From NCBI RefSeq assembly GCF_902459465.1, contig NC_047075.1, forward strand, positions 13,020,001 through 13,084,000: DNA of 64,000 nt, written 5' to 3'. Made by a program: the position numbers and the translations under genes. The notes under the pieces are model-generated. The model saw only the letters and a list, made by a program, of their open reading frames with translations. It was not told the origin of the DNA and ran no database searches. Shown here in pieces: positions 23,561-35,895 of the stretch. Source of the stretch: Asterias rubens. Taxonomy: Eukaryota. Position 1 is the stretch's first letter, and each line of letters begins with the position of its first letter.

Positions 23561-26369
23561 CCAGGTAGATACACACAACTTGTGTTACCCCCATATTGAT
23601 ACCTCACAATGCAATGCCTCAAATCCTTTGAGTATACAGTTCTTACACACATCCGTGTATAGCTATAAACCAAGACTATAATTCTTTATCCCAAATGCAA
23701 ATATAAACACACAAACAATTAGATTAAATGGTAAAAACGGTTTTCAAAATGTTAGTATCACTCGCACAATGGATTAAGCCAAAATGATCCAGAAATGTAA
23801 TAATACACTTGTAAACTTTGAAGGCATCAGGAACAAATGTATTGTACACATGTGTGTGTTTTATAAAGTACATTTCTGCAACAAAAAGGATTTCAAAGTT
23901 TATCAGTCACTACAATTTTGAAGGAAAGATCAGAGAATACATGAAAAACAATAGAACTTAGCTACATGTACTTGTACAGTTAATGCACATTGAGGCTATT
24001 TTTTAAAAAAATCACCAAAAGGGTAACTAATTTTTTCAGGAATTGAAATGGTGATGTTCTCCTCTACATGTGTGTACATGTATCCATATTAGACTGAATT
24101 CATACACATTGAATAATCATGGATTTTAATTATTAAATATTGTAACATGACATTCCATTTTTCCAGGTGAAGATGTGTCATACCATGAAAGTGGAAGCCA
24201 CGGTGGTTAACACCAGTAAATGGAGAGCAGACTGTTCAGCTTTTCTGAATGAGGTAAATTTACAGGCTATTATACAAAAACACTTCAGCCTAATTTCCAA
24301 CAGCCTAATTCATTTGCATGTTTTTTTAATTTTAGGACATTAATTGTATTGTTTTTCCAATTGTTCATGTTAAAGGTGATGGGGTCATGTGTAATGTACA
24401 TGTAAAATAAATAAATGTTCCTTCTGAGAAGCAATTGTCATGCTATGTGCACACTATTTTGCAGCAGTTGCATAATCAGCAGAATGATGAATGATGGCAT
24501 GTGCATGGTGTGGGAGGGCATCCAAATTCTATGGGATGGCAGGCACATGCTAGATGGCATGCCATGTCAAGCAAGTGCCTGACATTCCATTTGCATGCTA
24601 TTGCTATGTGAATGCTGTCAGCAGGGATGTCATGTGCATTGACCTTATTGCAAATACTCATACATGTATGTGCACAAAGGACGTTGATTGAGGTGCAAGT
24701 TGGTCTACATGTGTATCTAGCTATCAAAATTGATCACTAGCTAGACCATCATGCACCTCATTGGACAGATTGCGCTTGCGCAATGGTATTTGCAAAAAGG
24801 TCTAGCTAACAGTTTGGTAAGGGATTCAAGAGAACATAGAGAGAAAATAACAAAGGAATAACAATATGAAAAAGCCTAATTCTCCAAATGAACAATTTCC
24901 TTTGAGGAATAAAAAAATGTTAACCCACCAAAAATTATGATAAGGAGGCTGAATGTACAAAAGACAAGTTGGGGCCATCTAAAGCTCAAGACTTTTGAGA
25001 TTGATCGTTACACACTTTACCTCATACACTCTGTACATTAAGTCTAGAAGAATTTTTATACTGTGACAACAATATACTTTTCCCCTCTGTTTTGCGCCTT
25101 GCTGTCTGTATTTTATACTATTTTTTCATTAACAATTTTCAAAATGATGACTAATATAAAGCATTTTGTGTAGTTTTATTTTATTTAAAAGGACCCCGAT
25201 TCTCAAACCATGAAAGTCATACAGTTTCTAGCTGATATGGATAAGACAGATTTCGAACGAGTAGATGAAGTGCTGGCAATGCATGAGGATGGAGAATTGA
25301 AGGGACAGAAGATAAAGGCCAAGGACAACCTGAGAGGTGTTGTCCAGGTACACCCCTATGTGTTCCGAGACCTCCCTCTCCTGCCACGACAGGCAACACG
25401 TGAGCTGTTCGCTCAACTAAGATCACGCAGCATCACCATCGCTGAGATGAAGTCCGAAGCTGCAGTTCTCAAGAAACTGCAGCGGATTCAGCAGATGGTG
25501 GTGGATCTCACCGACAGCTCGTCGTGGCAGGATGCTGTGGAGAGGTTCCCTGGGCACACCTCTAGAGAGGTACTATCACAATTCTTGAGCGTGTCCCTTG
25601 GCCTTCAATCCTCTGTCCCTAAATCCCTCCAGCACTTCTGACAGATGCAGCGAAAGGCTGGGGCTGGTGAAGCCGAGCTCCACCATGAGAGCCAGCATTT
25701 AGGGAACAATGGCACCATCGGTTTTCATGTAGAGGCTGCGCCTCTACATTTACTTTCGATGTGTCAGAGAAGTTGCCCCAAACTTCTGTGGATTTAACTT
25801 GGGAATCGTAAGAATGCCAAAGGTAAGACTAATTCAATGTTACGAAAAGCAAACATTTGCATCTCGGTAGCCCCCCCCCCCCCAACTCCAGAAAAAAAAC
25901 CCAACATTAATAAATAAATTTAGGGGACTGCCAAATAAAGGACGCTCCTGAGATGCAGATGTCTGATTTACATGTAGTTGACCACTTATTCACATCTTCA
26001 TTTTGATGTAAAGACACATTGTACATGTAACCATAAAGAAAACATCTGATTTTAGCCCAGAACTGATTCTGTGAAAGATTGAATCCACACCAGCCAGAGA
26101 ACTGTCTAGCCTTGCTTTACTCAAGTAGGGGTTTTATCAATAAAAATATCTGCAAACTACTCACCGAAATCATGCTCTGCTTAAGCTTTAGTAAAAGACT
26201 CTCACCAAAAGTATTGATTTAAATCAAATCGAAACAGAGAACAACTAGTTTGTTGTTAATAATTCATTTGATGGGTCAGATGTTGAACCAGACAAGATAT
26301 ATACATGAAACAACTAACGAAAAACCAGACTCCATCACTCCAACAATAAAATATAAAAAAAATAAGTAA

Positions 26370-26724
26370 AACTAGACATATGATAACATTTGTGCACAAA
26401 TGCATAGTTGTTTCGTTAATAACATTTTCAAAATCAAGTTACTCAACATAATTTGAAATTATTTTTTGTATTCCAAGCAGCTTTGACCTACTCGGCCTAT
26501 TCAAAAAAGGAATTTAGATAAACATGGATAAACCTAGCAATTTATGACTTTATAGTGTGAAAATGAAGAAAATAAAAAAAAACTTATGTGATGACGTCAT
26601 CATGATGTCATTCAACAATTTGCAAGAACTTGCAAATATCTAACCTACTAAGTTTCAACATAATCGCAACATAACCTTGGGAGTTATATGCCTTCAACGA
26701 GTGCACCTTTAACGCTGCGTCACG
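26370..26724 (-). mobile_element. Truncated copy of the HINE/DINE-1-like element found at 45941-46957
   Basis: Same start (aactagacat..catttgtgcacaaatgc..gttgtttcgttaat) and colinear similarity to 45941-46290, e.g. gatgacgtca..tgatgtcatt..aatatctaac..gagttata..gcgtcacg. Confidence 0.8.
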
Positions 26725-27263
26725 GTTTTTTTTTTTGGGGGGGGGGGCTGTTATGTTTTAAACCAGTTATCAATTATCTTATTAATGAATAATGAAAATT
26801 AAGTTGATTTTGTTTTCATTTTGTTATCAGGACTGGAATGCCGATAACCTTCGAAGTTTCCTAGCAAGTTGCTCAGCCACAAATTTGTCAGCCAACTTGA
26901 CAGAATTCAGTGTGGTAGTTATCTGTTTCAGTTTCAGCAGTTGGCATGGTTTACGAACTGATGCATGAGACTCAGCAGTTTGAACACGAATGTCGTAGCT
27001 TCTTCCATGTGCCAAAAGAAAAGTCAGGTGAGTAATTTTCAATAATTGAAACTACATAATTGCACTACTTTTCAAGATTGCAATTGATGTTGCTCAACAG
27101 TATGGTTATACACACAGCTAGTTTATACACTTATTTGCAGCATTTGTGAAATATTGTAAAAATAAGTTGCTTCGAAAATAATCAGGTATCCCTATTTGGT
27201 TTTGCAATTCACATGCTAGATCCCAAATAGGCTAATTCACAAAAGTATTCTAGTACATTAAAT

Positions 27264-27578
27264 ATATAGAAGAGTTTGCGGTAACACCATGTAATTAATA
27301 ACAATCTCTAAATGAGTTGGGGTTGTTCTGAAAAGAACCGTTGGAGTTAATCCAACGGTTCTTTTCGGAACTAATCCAACGGTTCTTTACAGAACCACCC
27401 CAACTCATTTAGAGGTTGGAGTTAATCCAACCGTTCTTTTCAGAACTAATCCAACGGTTCTTTACAGAACCACCCCAACTCATTTAGAGATTGTTATTAA
27501 CTCCAACAGTTCTTTTCAGAACCACCCCAACTCATTAGAGATAGTCATTACATGGTGTTACCGCAAACTCTTCTATAT
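27264..27578. mobile_element. Palindromic MITE with internal tandem sub-repeats
   Basis: TIR atatagaagagtttgcggtaacaccatgtaat / attacatggtgttaccgcaaactcttctatat. The interior is made of repeated aatccaacggttctt and gaaccaccccaactcatt blocks. Confidence 0.85.
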
Positions 27579-29130
27579 CTTATTTCCACCATGCAAAGTT
27601 TCAAATCCTACTTACATTAAATATGCCAAAGATTTAATTTTGAACACCTACCGTTTGCATCAAATCTTGTGAAGTCATTCAGTGTTTATATACTAGCCAT
27701 GCTAATATCTAAATTGTAATTTAGTTGTAATAGTGTTTTCATATTGTTGTATTGTAGTTTTCTGTTTTGTGATTGTATTATGAGTGGGGTCTCTAGTATA
27801 ACTCCAACAGTTCTTTTCAGAACCACCCCAACTCATTAGAGATAGTCATTACATGGTGTTACCGCAAACTCTTCTATATCTTATTTCCACCATGCAAAGT
27901 TTCAAATCCTACTTACATTAAATATGCCAATGATTTAATTTTGCACACCTACCGTTTGCATCAAATCTTGTGAAGTCATTCAGTGTTTTATGGAACCTTT
28001 CAGTTGTACACACGTGCATCTCAATACACATGTCTGACCATTTTCTTCCTCCATGGTCTGACCAGAGTAGGCATTGTAATTGTTTTGGTGCACCACAAAC
28101 GCTTGTTCATACCTCCATGGTTACAGTCATTCTTGCTCATGAAGTTTCCTCCTAGTCCTATTATTCCATCCTTGTTTGGAGCTACAGTATAATGATAAAG
28201 GATCAGCACATTTTCTCCAACTTATATCATCCAAAAAAGTGTTAGAACTAGACTTAGGTTTTTTGTTTTTTCCAAAAAAACGGTGTTCGGTTGAACGTTA
28301 CATGATGACGTAGTTCAAAAACATTGAACATAAAAAGAGTAATTTTATACAATGTGTCGTTTTTTATAGTTAAATGTGCATTACAGATTTGAGAATCCCA
28401 TTGAAATGTTTGAGAAAAGTGTGCAATAATGCGATCGTTAATGCAAAGCCACTCCGGATTTTTAGGTTTAGTTTTTCAACTGAAAATCTTATGTCACGAT
28501 AAAAAAGCCGGTTCTAAACGAAAGCAAGGTATCTGTTGAGTTTCAATGTTCAAATCAATCTCAATCTTGAGTTATTCCATAGATAAGCTCGAAAGTTGTT
28601 TTTTGATGAAAAAACACGAAGGCGAACTTTGACCCAGGGTAACGACCCGGAAGTTAAGGTCGTACGATTTTGGCGTGAACTTTTCAAATGTTGTCAAAGT
28701 CTTTATCTATTTGATGCCTAATTATGAACATCATAGTTTCTATATTCGTTGAGATACAGCAACAAGCAAATGGTAATTTTTCAACATAAAAAGCCTTGTC
28801 ATGACGTCATTGTAAAAGCTAGTGGTACTTGTAAGGATGACGATGATATAAGACGGATTATTCTCTGTTTACAATGATCTGGGTTGTATTTATTTAGCGG
28901 CCAATAAGTAAGTGCCCTATCTCAGCCTGATCGATAGAGGGCGCTAGACTAACTATCGTTACACCCTTCCTTTTATAAAAGAACTTTTGTTTATAAACTT
29001 AACATTTAACTAGAACTACAACGATAAACAACCATTATAAAACAATAACAATAACAATAACCTTGTACTGAGGTTAAACTTGAACTACAACAATAAACCA
29101 TTGTTATGATAAACAATAACAATCCTTGCA

Positions 29131-30167
29131 CTTAAGAATCTGTTGTCAAACTAAAACATAGCATCACTGCAAGTCTTATTACAAAACAAAAGTTACCACA
29201 AGATAAATTGTACAACTTACATAGCCATCATACTTCTTTCCTTTGTGCAGACCAAAGGAACACTCTGCCCATCCCCAACAATGCCAGTCAAGTCAAACAT
29301 AGTGAGTGAGGGAATGAATATGATTTTGTAAAAGACTTAAGAATCTGTTGTCAAACTAAAATATAGCATCACTGCAAGTCTTATTAAAAAACAAAAGTTA
29401 CCACAAGATAAATTGTACAACTTACATAGCCATCATACTTCTTTCCCTTGTGCAGACCAAAGGAACACTCTGCCCATCCCCAACAATGCCAGTGATCAAG
29501 TCAAACATGGTGAGTGAGGGAATGAATATGATTTTGTAAAAGACTTAAGAATCTGTTGTCAAACTAAAACATAGCATCACTGCAAGTGTTATTACAAAAC
29601 AAAAGTTACCACAAGATAAATTGTACAACTTACATAGCCATCATACTTCTTTCCCTTGTGCAGACCAAAGGAACATTCTGCCCATCCCCAACAATGCCAG
29701 TGATCAAGTCAAACATGGTGAGTGAGGGAATGAATATGATTTTGTAAAAGACTTAAGAATCTGTTGTCAAACTAAAACATAGCATCACTGCAAGTCTTAT
29801 TATAAAACAAAAGTTACCACAAGATAAATTGTACAACTTACATAGCCATCATACTTCTTTCCCTTGTGCAGACCAAAGGAACACTCTGCCCATCCCCAAC
29901 AATGCCAGTGATCAAGTCAAACATGGTGAGTGAGGGAATGAATATGTATTTGTAAAAGACTTAAGAATCTGTTGTCAAACTAAAACATAGCATCACTGCA
30001 AGTCTTATTACAAAACAAAAGTTACCACAAGATAAATTGTACAACTTACATAGCCATCATACTTCTTTCCCTTGTGCAGACCAAAGGAACACTCTGCCCA
30101 TCCCCAACGATGCCAGTGATCAAGTCAAACATGGTGAGTGAGGGAATGAATATGATTTTGTAAAAGA
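29131..30167. repeat. Five tandem copies of a 208-bp unit (first copy 205 bp)
   Basis: Units start at 29131, 29336, 29544, 29752 and 29960, and are near-identical. Confidence 0.95.
29251..30133 (+). CDS. Five tandemly duplicated 54-nt symmetric phase-1 exons, each encoding about DQRNTLPIPNNASDQVKH
   Basis: Exons 29251-29301 (51 nt), 29456-29509, 29664-29717, 29872-29925 and 30080-30133. Each is preceded by ttctttcc(c/t)ttgtgcag and followed by gtgagt. All are stop-free and have lengths divisible by 3. Confidence 0.65.
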
Positions 30168-31155
30168 TAAACCTTCAGCTCTACTTTTTTTCGCACATAT
30201 TTTGAGGTGATTCCTTGGAGACTTAACAAACTGTTGTGACAAACGTATTGGACATGCAATTGAAAGGCTTTTCTTAACGGCAAAATTGAAATTAGTTGTC
30301 AGCCTCGGACCAATGATGTATTCTGTAGCGTCTCACAGTAATTTAGGATCGATCGCAATGCGCGATTGTGAGTAGGACATAGCTTTACCCGAAAAGTATC
30401 ATTGTGAAATTTCTGACTTCTGGGTACCTGCTGCCATAGTAAATTAGTAAATGCATTGTATACAGACAATTTTCCCAATAATATATGCGGAGATGTACGT
30501 GTACGTGCTTCTCTCCCTATTGGGAATGAGACGCGTTCCAACGTTGGTGGCACTATCTCCCCAGCCCTCCCCTCCGCCCCCCCCTCCCCCGGAATTGACC
30601 TGCACTCGCTGGCTTGCTGGTATTGCAGAGGCTAAGACGAGTTGTAGGCAGTCCAGGTTGGGATGTTGTACTTTGATGTCTTGCTGCCAGATTGAGTTAC
30701 AAGTCATTTGACCTGCCATATATGACCTGCAAAGCTACCACTGCCAGGGTCTCGGGATGAACCATTGATTGTCTATAAGCCATAAACAATTATTCGCAAG
30801 CTGTTTGTTCAATTTGTATTTGACTTTTCTTACTCCTACAGGGCAGCAAAATTAACTCGTAAAATCAGTGTTTTTGCCATGTTGTTCATGTCTACGATAT
30901 CTAAATGCAATGAAACATGCACTGGGTGGTTTGGAACTGGCAAAAAAATATCATATAACCAGGGCCTTACAACTTCTGAGCTTGTAATATAACGAGAGTC
31001 TTCTGCAGTTGAAACATGCAACCATGTCAATTGCTACATTTTGATTTGGATTTACTTTATTTCCTTAGTTGTAGTTTTTATCAAGGGAGAACTTTATTCA
31101 CACTAACTTAGGCCAATTAATGTGTTACTTGAAACAAACTTTTTGCTATTTCCAG

Positions 31156-33148
31156 ATGCACGTGTGCCTGCCCAACAGAATCCAAAGAAGAAAGGTAATT
31201 ACTTCTTAGAGTTACTATTCTTCAAGAGCGAATTTGATTTCTCCTATAGAATAATCATGAGTTCCTAATGATAGTCTTTTACTAAATGGAAAGTGTGAAT
31301 TTTTGCTAGTGACCTATTGGCCAAGAAGAGTTTGATCAACATGTATACTGATCTTGATCTTTGATTAGGTATTACATTTTGTTTATGGTCTATGTGACTT
31401 TCCTTACGTATGAAGATCTAATGAAGTAAATGTTGGGTCCGAATCGAATCCAATGAAAAATACTCAATCTATAGCTTTTGACTTCTTGCTGAGATCTTGA
31501 TCACAATTTTGGTATAATCCTGCGATGCAATACTCGCGAAGTCCAGATCTAAATGCTGATGGTTTGTGCATGGCAGTCAGTTTGTGTGAATGTGCTACTG
31601 TTATGTTGTTCATGCTCTCATGATTGTTTTTTTTTTTAAATGACTCCTTTTTTCAACTGTCGCTGAATTGCAGACCAACTTGAAATTCATATACACATGT
31701 ATGCATGAAGTACGAATGTGTGTTCACGATTGGCACATTGGTCATTCCCCCAACATCACAGACTCATTGTTCATCTTGTTATTTATGGTCCAGTTTATGT
31801 TATTAATGTTTTTGTTTTGTTTGTTGCTTTACTTTATTGTGTGCACCATAGGAAGAAAGATGTATACTTCATGGAGCAAGCAAGAAGCAAAACAAGTTAG
31901 GGATTACTTCAAATCCATGATAAATGGAGAATCACAGCAGACCCTACCAAGTAAGTATTTTATCTGTGAATGGAATAAACACTTTTACCATGGTAGCAGC
32001 TGTCATGTTTTTCTTCCATTCAAAGCAGTGAAAATACATTTAAGTTTAAGTTAGTTCCCCAAAGGTCAGCAAAGTTTTCCCATGAGGTAATTAGAAAAAC
32101 TGTTCTTGAAAAAAAAATACCTGCAAAAGAAAGTGAGTGGTGTTGACTGCACAAATGCTAGGGATGAAATGACTAAGGTGCAGTCAACCAGACAAAGCAA
32201 GACTTACAAGAGTTACTTTGTCAACTTTAGTAGGTAAGGTACTGAAGGGAAATGTACAAATTGACTATGAGATGTTATTTAAAGGGAAGGTGACTGACTT
32301 CAAAGTTTTCAGAGTTATGGCGTCTTTTTGGATGTTCACTTCATGGCCGCAAATCAGGGAAGGGGTATATGCACCACTTTTTTTTTTTTTTTTTTTTTTG
32401 AGTGAGGGAGACCAATATTCACAAGCCCCAATTCAATTTTCCTAAATGGTTAAAAGAATTATTAAAAAGTAAGTGCCTCAAAATAATGTGCAATCTTTAC
32501 CCTAGGTGTGACTAGACAACAATAATGGTATGCGTATACTTTTTCACATTGGCAATTCATAATGAAATTTCAGAATCTTACCCCCCCCCCCTTTCCCACA
32601 CATACACACACTTTTGGACACGGGTTTACCTGCTCGGTACACATTTATTACCATAGCAGTAAGGCTAAACCAAACTAGAAGTTGTTTTGATAATTTTTAT
32701 GGTTAGTTTGTCCACATTGCATTATTTTTTCAAATGATTCTTGCCTTCTCACGCAAAAAAAAAATGAATGATTTAGAGCATCCTTTATTTTTAGGCAAGG
32801 TTCACAGCGCAGTGTTTATTTTATTATTTAACAAAAAAAAATTAATCTTAAAATAGGTAGAAAAGCCCTCAAAGTAAAGATTTGTTTTGAATACAAAAAA
32901 TTTAAGTTCCACTTTATTTAAACATAAAGTTCCACTTTATTTAAACATAAAGTTTCAAAAAGTTTATTACAGTTACTACATGTTTCAATTCACTGTCTAA
33001 ACCCACAGAAAAACATCAAGTTTTGAAATTCTTGGATACGCACAATATGAGGCATGATTGGTCAACCATCCGCACAAAAGTAATGAACGAGAGAGCCAAA
33101 TGGATGAAGGAAGTTAACAAGAGGATGGATGACATGAGAGATACCTGA
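31156..33148 (+). CDS. Terminal three exons encoding a Myb/SANT-like helical domain
   Basis: Exons 31156-31194, 31852-31950 and 33009-33148, all joining in phase 1, with an open frame: DARVPAQQNPKKKG|RKMYTSWSKQEAKQVRDYFKSMINGESQQTLPK|KHQVLKFLDTHNMRHDWSTIRTKVMNERAKW..RDT*. The WS..E..V..YF..I..LP..W..IRTKV.N pattern is Myb/SANT-like. Confidence 0.7.
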
Positions 33149-34429
33149 ACTTATCATTTTTGTGAAGTCGTGTTCAGTTTACTGCCCAGCAGTGTATACG
33201 TGCGAGTCATTTTGCATTAATTAGGTTAAACGGTTCAATGTCTTCTTTGTAAACCTCAGTTATTGGTAACCCATTCATCACAACCTTATTTTATCTTTAA
33301 AACCTGTCAATATCCCTTTAGTTGCTTCGAAATAGTGCCAAATCTGGCTTTACCAGTACAGTCAATACAATATCTCACTCCCTGGTCAGTGACTATCCGT
33401 CTTTGATACTTATTTGCTCTTCCTTTTTATAATGCAAAATCAACAATAATAAGTGGTGTTGAAGGAAGCTGATTTTTTAAAAGCCAATAGAGTTGTTTGT
33501 TGATGCAAATACCTCTCAAACTAAAGTTGTTGTTTCAATGACTTTGAAACTCTTGTTCGGGGGGGCGGGGTTGGACACATGGCTGCGATAGAATTGTTTT
33601 TTTTTTTTTTTATAAAAGTTCAGCTGTGTTTGTTTTTATTCACACATTTAAGTACCCTCTTGTTACATCTAGTGTATCAGACTGATGCTTTGATGCTTGC
33701 TAGGTTTGTTGTGTCTCAGTACAAGTACATGCCTTGATTGATAGTAAAGTACCACATTACATCATTTGAGTGGGGCACCCTTTGCTAGAGATCAAAAGAA
33801 GGTAGCTCATTGGTTGAATCTTATGCATTAGGTATACAAATACTTGTGCATTTATTGCTGCACCATTGGTTTACCTGTAAACTATGCATTATTAGGTCTA
33901 TTGCCTAATGTTTTTTGGGAAAAAATTTCCTTGCATGGTGTAGTTTTATGCATTGTAGGTGTGATTATGGTTATACTTATGTCATTCTGTGACATGACAT
34001 AATTAATGTCCTTCCTCACCTTGGAATGGATCTTTCCATTGGATATAACTTTGACATTTTAAATCAGTCATAAAGAGTTTGAGTAGCGAGCAGAAAAGTT
34101 TTTGTAATTGAAAATAAGTCATAGAATTAAACTGAAGGCAGGTATACTTTTTGTAATTACAGCACAAACTAAAGACTGTAGAAACTTGTCACTTGTTAAG
34201 GAGCACTTGCTGGCTCTTGAAAGATTAAAACACTGAAAATGACTCCCTTTGAAGTAGTGTAGTTTTAGAGAAAGAGGTTATTATTTTGACCCAAACTTTT
34301 GAGTCTAATTTATTTGAGTAATTTGAATATTTTGTTCAGTCAACTTGGTTGATTGAATAATCCAGATTTTGCACAGGTTTTTTATTTTAAGCATATTTTT
34401 GGACAAAACAACTGAGATCACTCGACCCA

Positions 34430-34665
34430 TTTTCAAGGCTTTGCTTCCGAAATCTGCGCTTGCGATTACTATTCGCCGTCTGCAGGGCAAGTGCAGAATT
34501 TCTGGGCTTGCCATGTAAGCAAAGAATGCATAGCAACATAAGGTATGCACGCGCACAAGTCAAAATTCCCTGCTAACCCATTAAATACGCTAACAGTAAG
34601 TGCGGAATTTCCTGCTTCTGTAAGCCTCGATTCTTTGCTTTAAGCAGAGCCATGAGATTGGGTCC
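34430..34665. mobile_element. MITE, inverted homologue of the element at 62040-62285
   Basis: Shared blocks in reverse complement, e.g. gtaagtgcggaatttcctgcttc vs gaagcagaaaattccgcacttac, and aagcagagccatga vs tcatggctctgctt. Confidence 0.7.
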
Positions 34666-35715
34666 TGGTCTTTGAAAATGATGCCCTTTGGATGAGGTAA
34701 AATGCAGTCTTAGAGAAAAAGGTTAGGGCCATGTCACACAGGGCAATTTTTACTGGCAACTTGGAGGCAACCAACTGCACCGTATGCACAAGAAATACTT
34801 TGGTAGCACAGGGGTTATTTTTCTGACAGTGTCTTTCAATTCTCAAGAAAAATTGTGTGAACATTCAAATGTGAATGCCTTTCCTTCTTGGAGATTGCCT
34901 GGAACTGGTTACCTGTAAATTGCCTCGTGTGACATGGCCCTTATTATACCATGATTATACTGACCCAAAAATTGGAGTCTGAAGGCAGTGGAGTCAAGAA
35001 TGTTGCTTTTTTTTTTTTTGCAAGGGGGGGGGGGCCTCAGTTTTTCTGAGGTGGGGTGCGAGCAGTTTGACTGAATTTTTAATGAAACACATTTTTCTTA
35101 CATTTTATATGGGGGAGGAATGTGCCCCCAGGCCCCCCCCCCCCTCAAATTACTCTGCTGTCTGAAGCATGCAGGCTTGAATTGTTTCTAAAGCTTATAA
35201 ATTCATTGCAATTCTATGCAAATTAGGGTAGATTTTTACAATGTTTTCTTTTACATGTAATTTCATTTAATTATTTTGTTCAGTCAACAAAAATCCAAAT
35301 ACAGGTTTGTTATTTTAAGCATATTTTGGGACTAAAGTGGGAATACTTGTCTTTGACAATTAACAATGGTGTACCTTGCTTTTAAAACACAGTTAAAGTA
35401 GACTAATTGTTAACTTAACTTTCAAAATATACTATTGTTCAGTGTTCAACAGTTATGGGTGATTAGCTTTTAAAGTTTACCACTGCTTAGGAAAGTTTCT
35501 TCATGTGAGTTGTATTCCAGAATACACTGTCCTCCCTCTAATATGTTTGTGGTTGCTTTTCTTATAAACAATTGATGATCAGCTATACACTGCATATTTT
35601 GTTCATTGGTGTTAACACACAAAATGCCCCGCGGCTAGTGTTGTTTGTGCACTGTATTTTGTTCTATGTTCAGTCTTTCTGATAGCAAACCGATTCAATT
35701 TGATGAGTCGATGTT

Positions 35716-35895
35716 GTTGATAAAACCATGAATCATTTTGATTGGTCAGTGTTGATAAAACCATGAATCATTTTGATGGGTCAGTGTTGATAAAACCATG
35801 AATCATTTTGATGGGTCAGTGTTGTTGAAAACACTCTTGAATCATTGTGATGGGTCAGTGTTGTCACCCTGGATCATTTGGATTGGTCTGTGTTG
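35716..35895. repeat. 35-bp minisatellite (gttgataaaaccatgaatcattttgatgggtcagt), 3 good and 2 degenerate copies
   Basis: Directly visible. Confidence 0.85.

Larger units (their letters stand above)
22041..27027 (+). pseudogene. ParB/sulfiredoxin-like N-terminal domain protein with a possible degenerate methyltransferase-like C-terminal part; spliced pseudogene
   Basis: Exons 22041-22208, 24167-24253, 25192-25822 and 26831-27027 have canonical AG/GT ends and join in phase 0: ANGYK*EVIGGQHNFLAAK..HN..GYRHDMTFRDK|VKMCH..WRADCSAFLNE|DPDSQTMKVIQFL..EDGELKGQK..SWQDAVERFP..PKSLQHF*..GFNLGIVRMPK|DWNADNLRSFL..FSVVVIC. It carries two nonsense codons (about 22056 and 25639) and two frameshifts (about 25741 and 26927). 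The domain identity is from motif recall. Confidence 0.55.

Noticed and set aside
26827-27042. Minus-strand 71-aa ORF
   Set aside because: It overlaps a plus-strand exon with canonical splice sites that continues the ParB-like gene in phase, so it is likely an antisense shadow.
29131-30167. Alternative minus-strand exon in the 208-bp unit (acaacag ... gctat|gtaagt)
   Set aside because: The 127-nt length is not divisible by 3, and the 138-nt alternative has stops in all frames. The plus-strand model fits much better.
12198-31155. A tyrosine recombinase domain expected between the SET and Myb-like exons
   Set aside because: I found no R..H..R / GH..Y catalytic pattern in any frame I could read, so no Crypton-like element is called.
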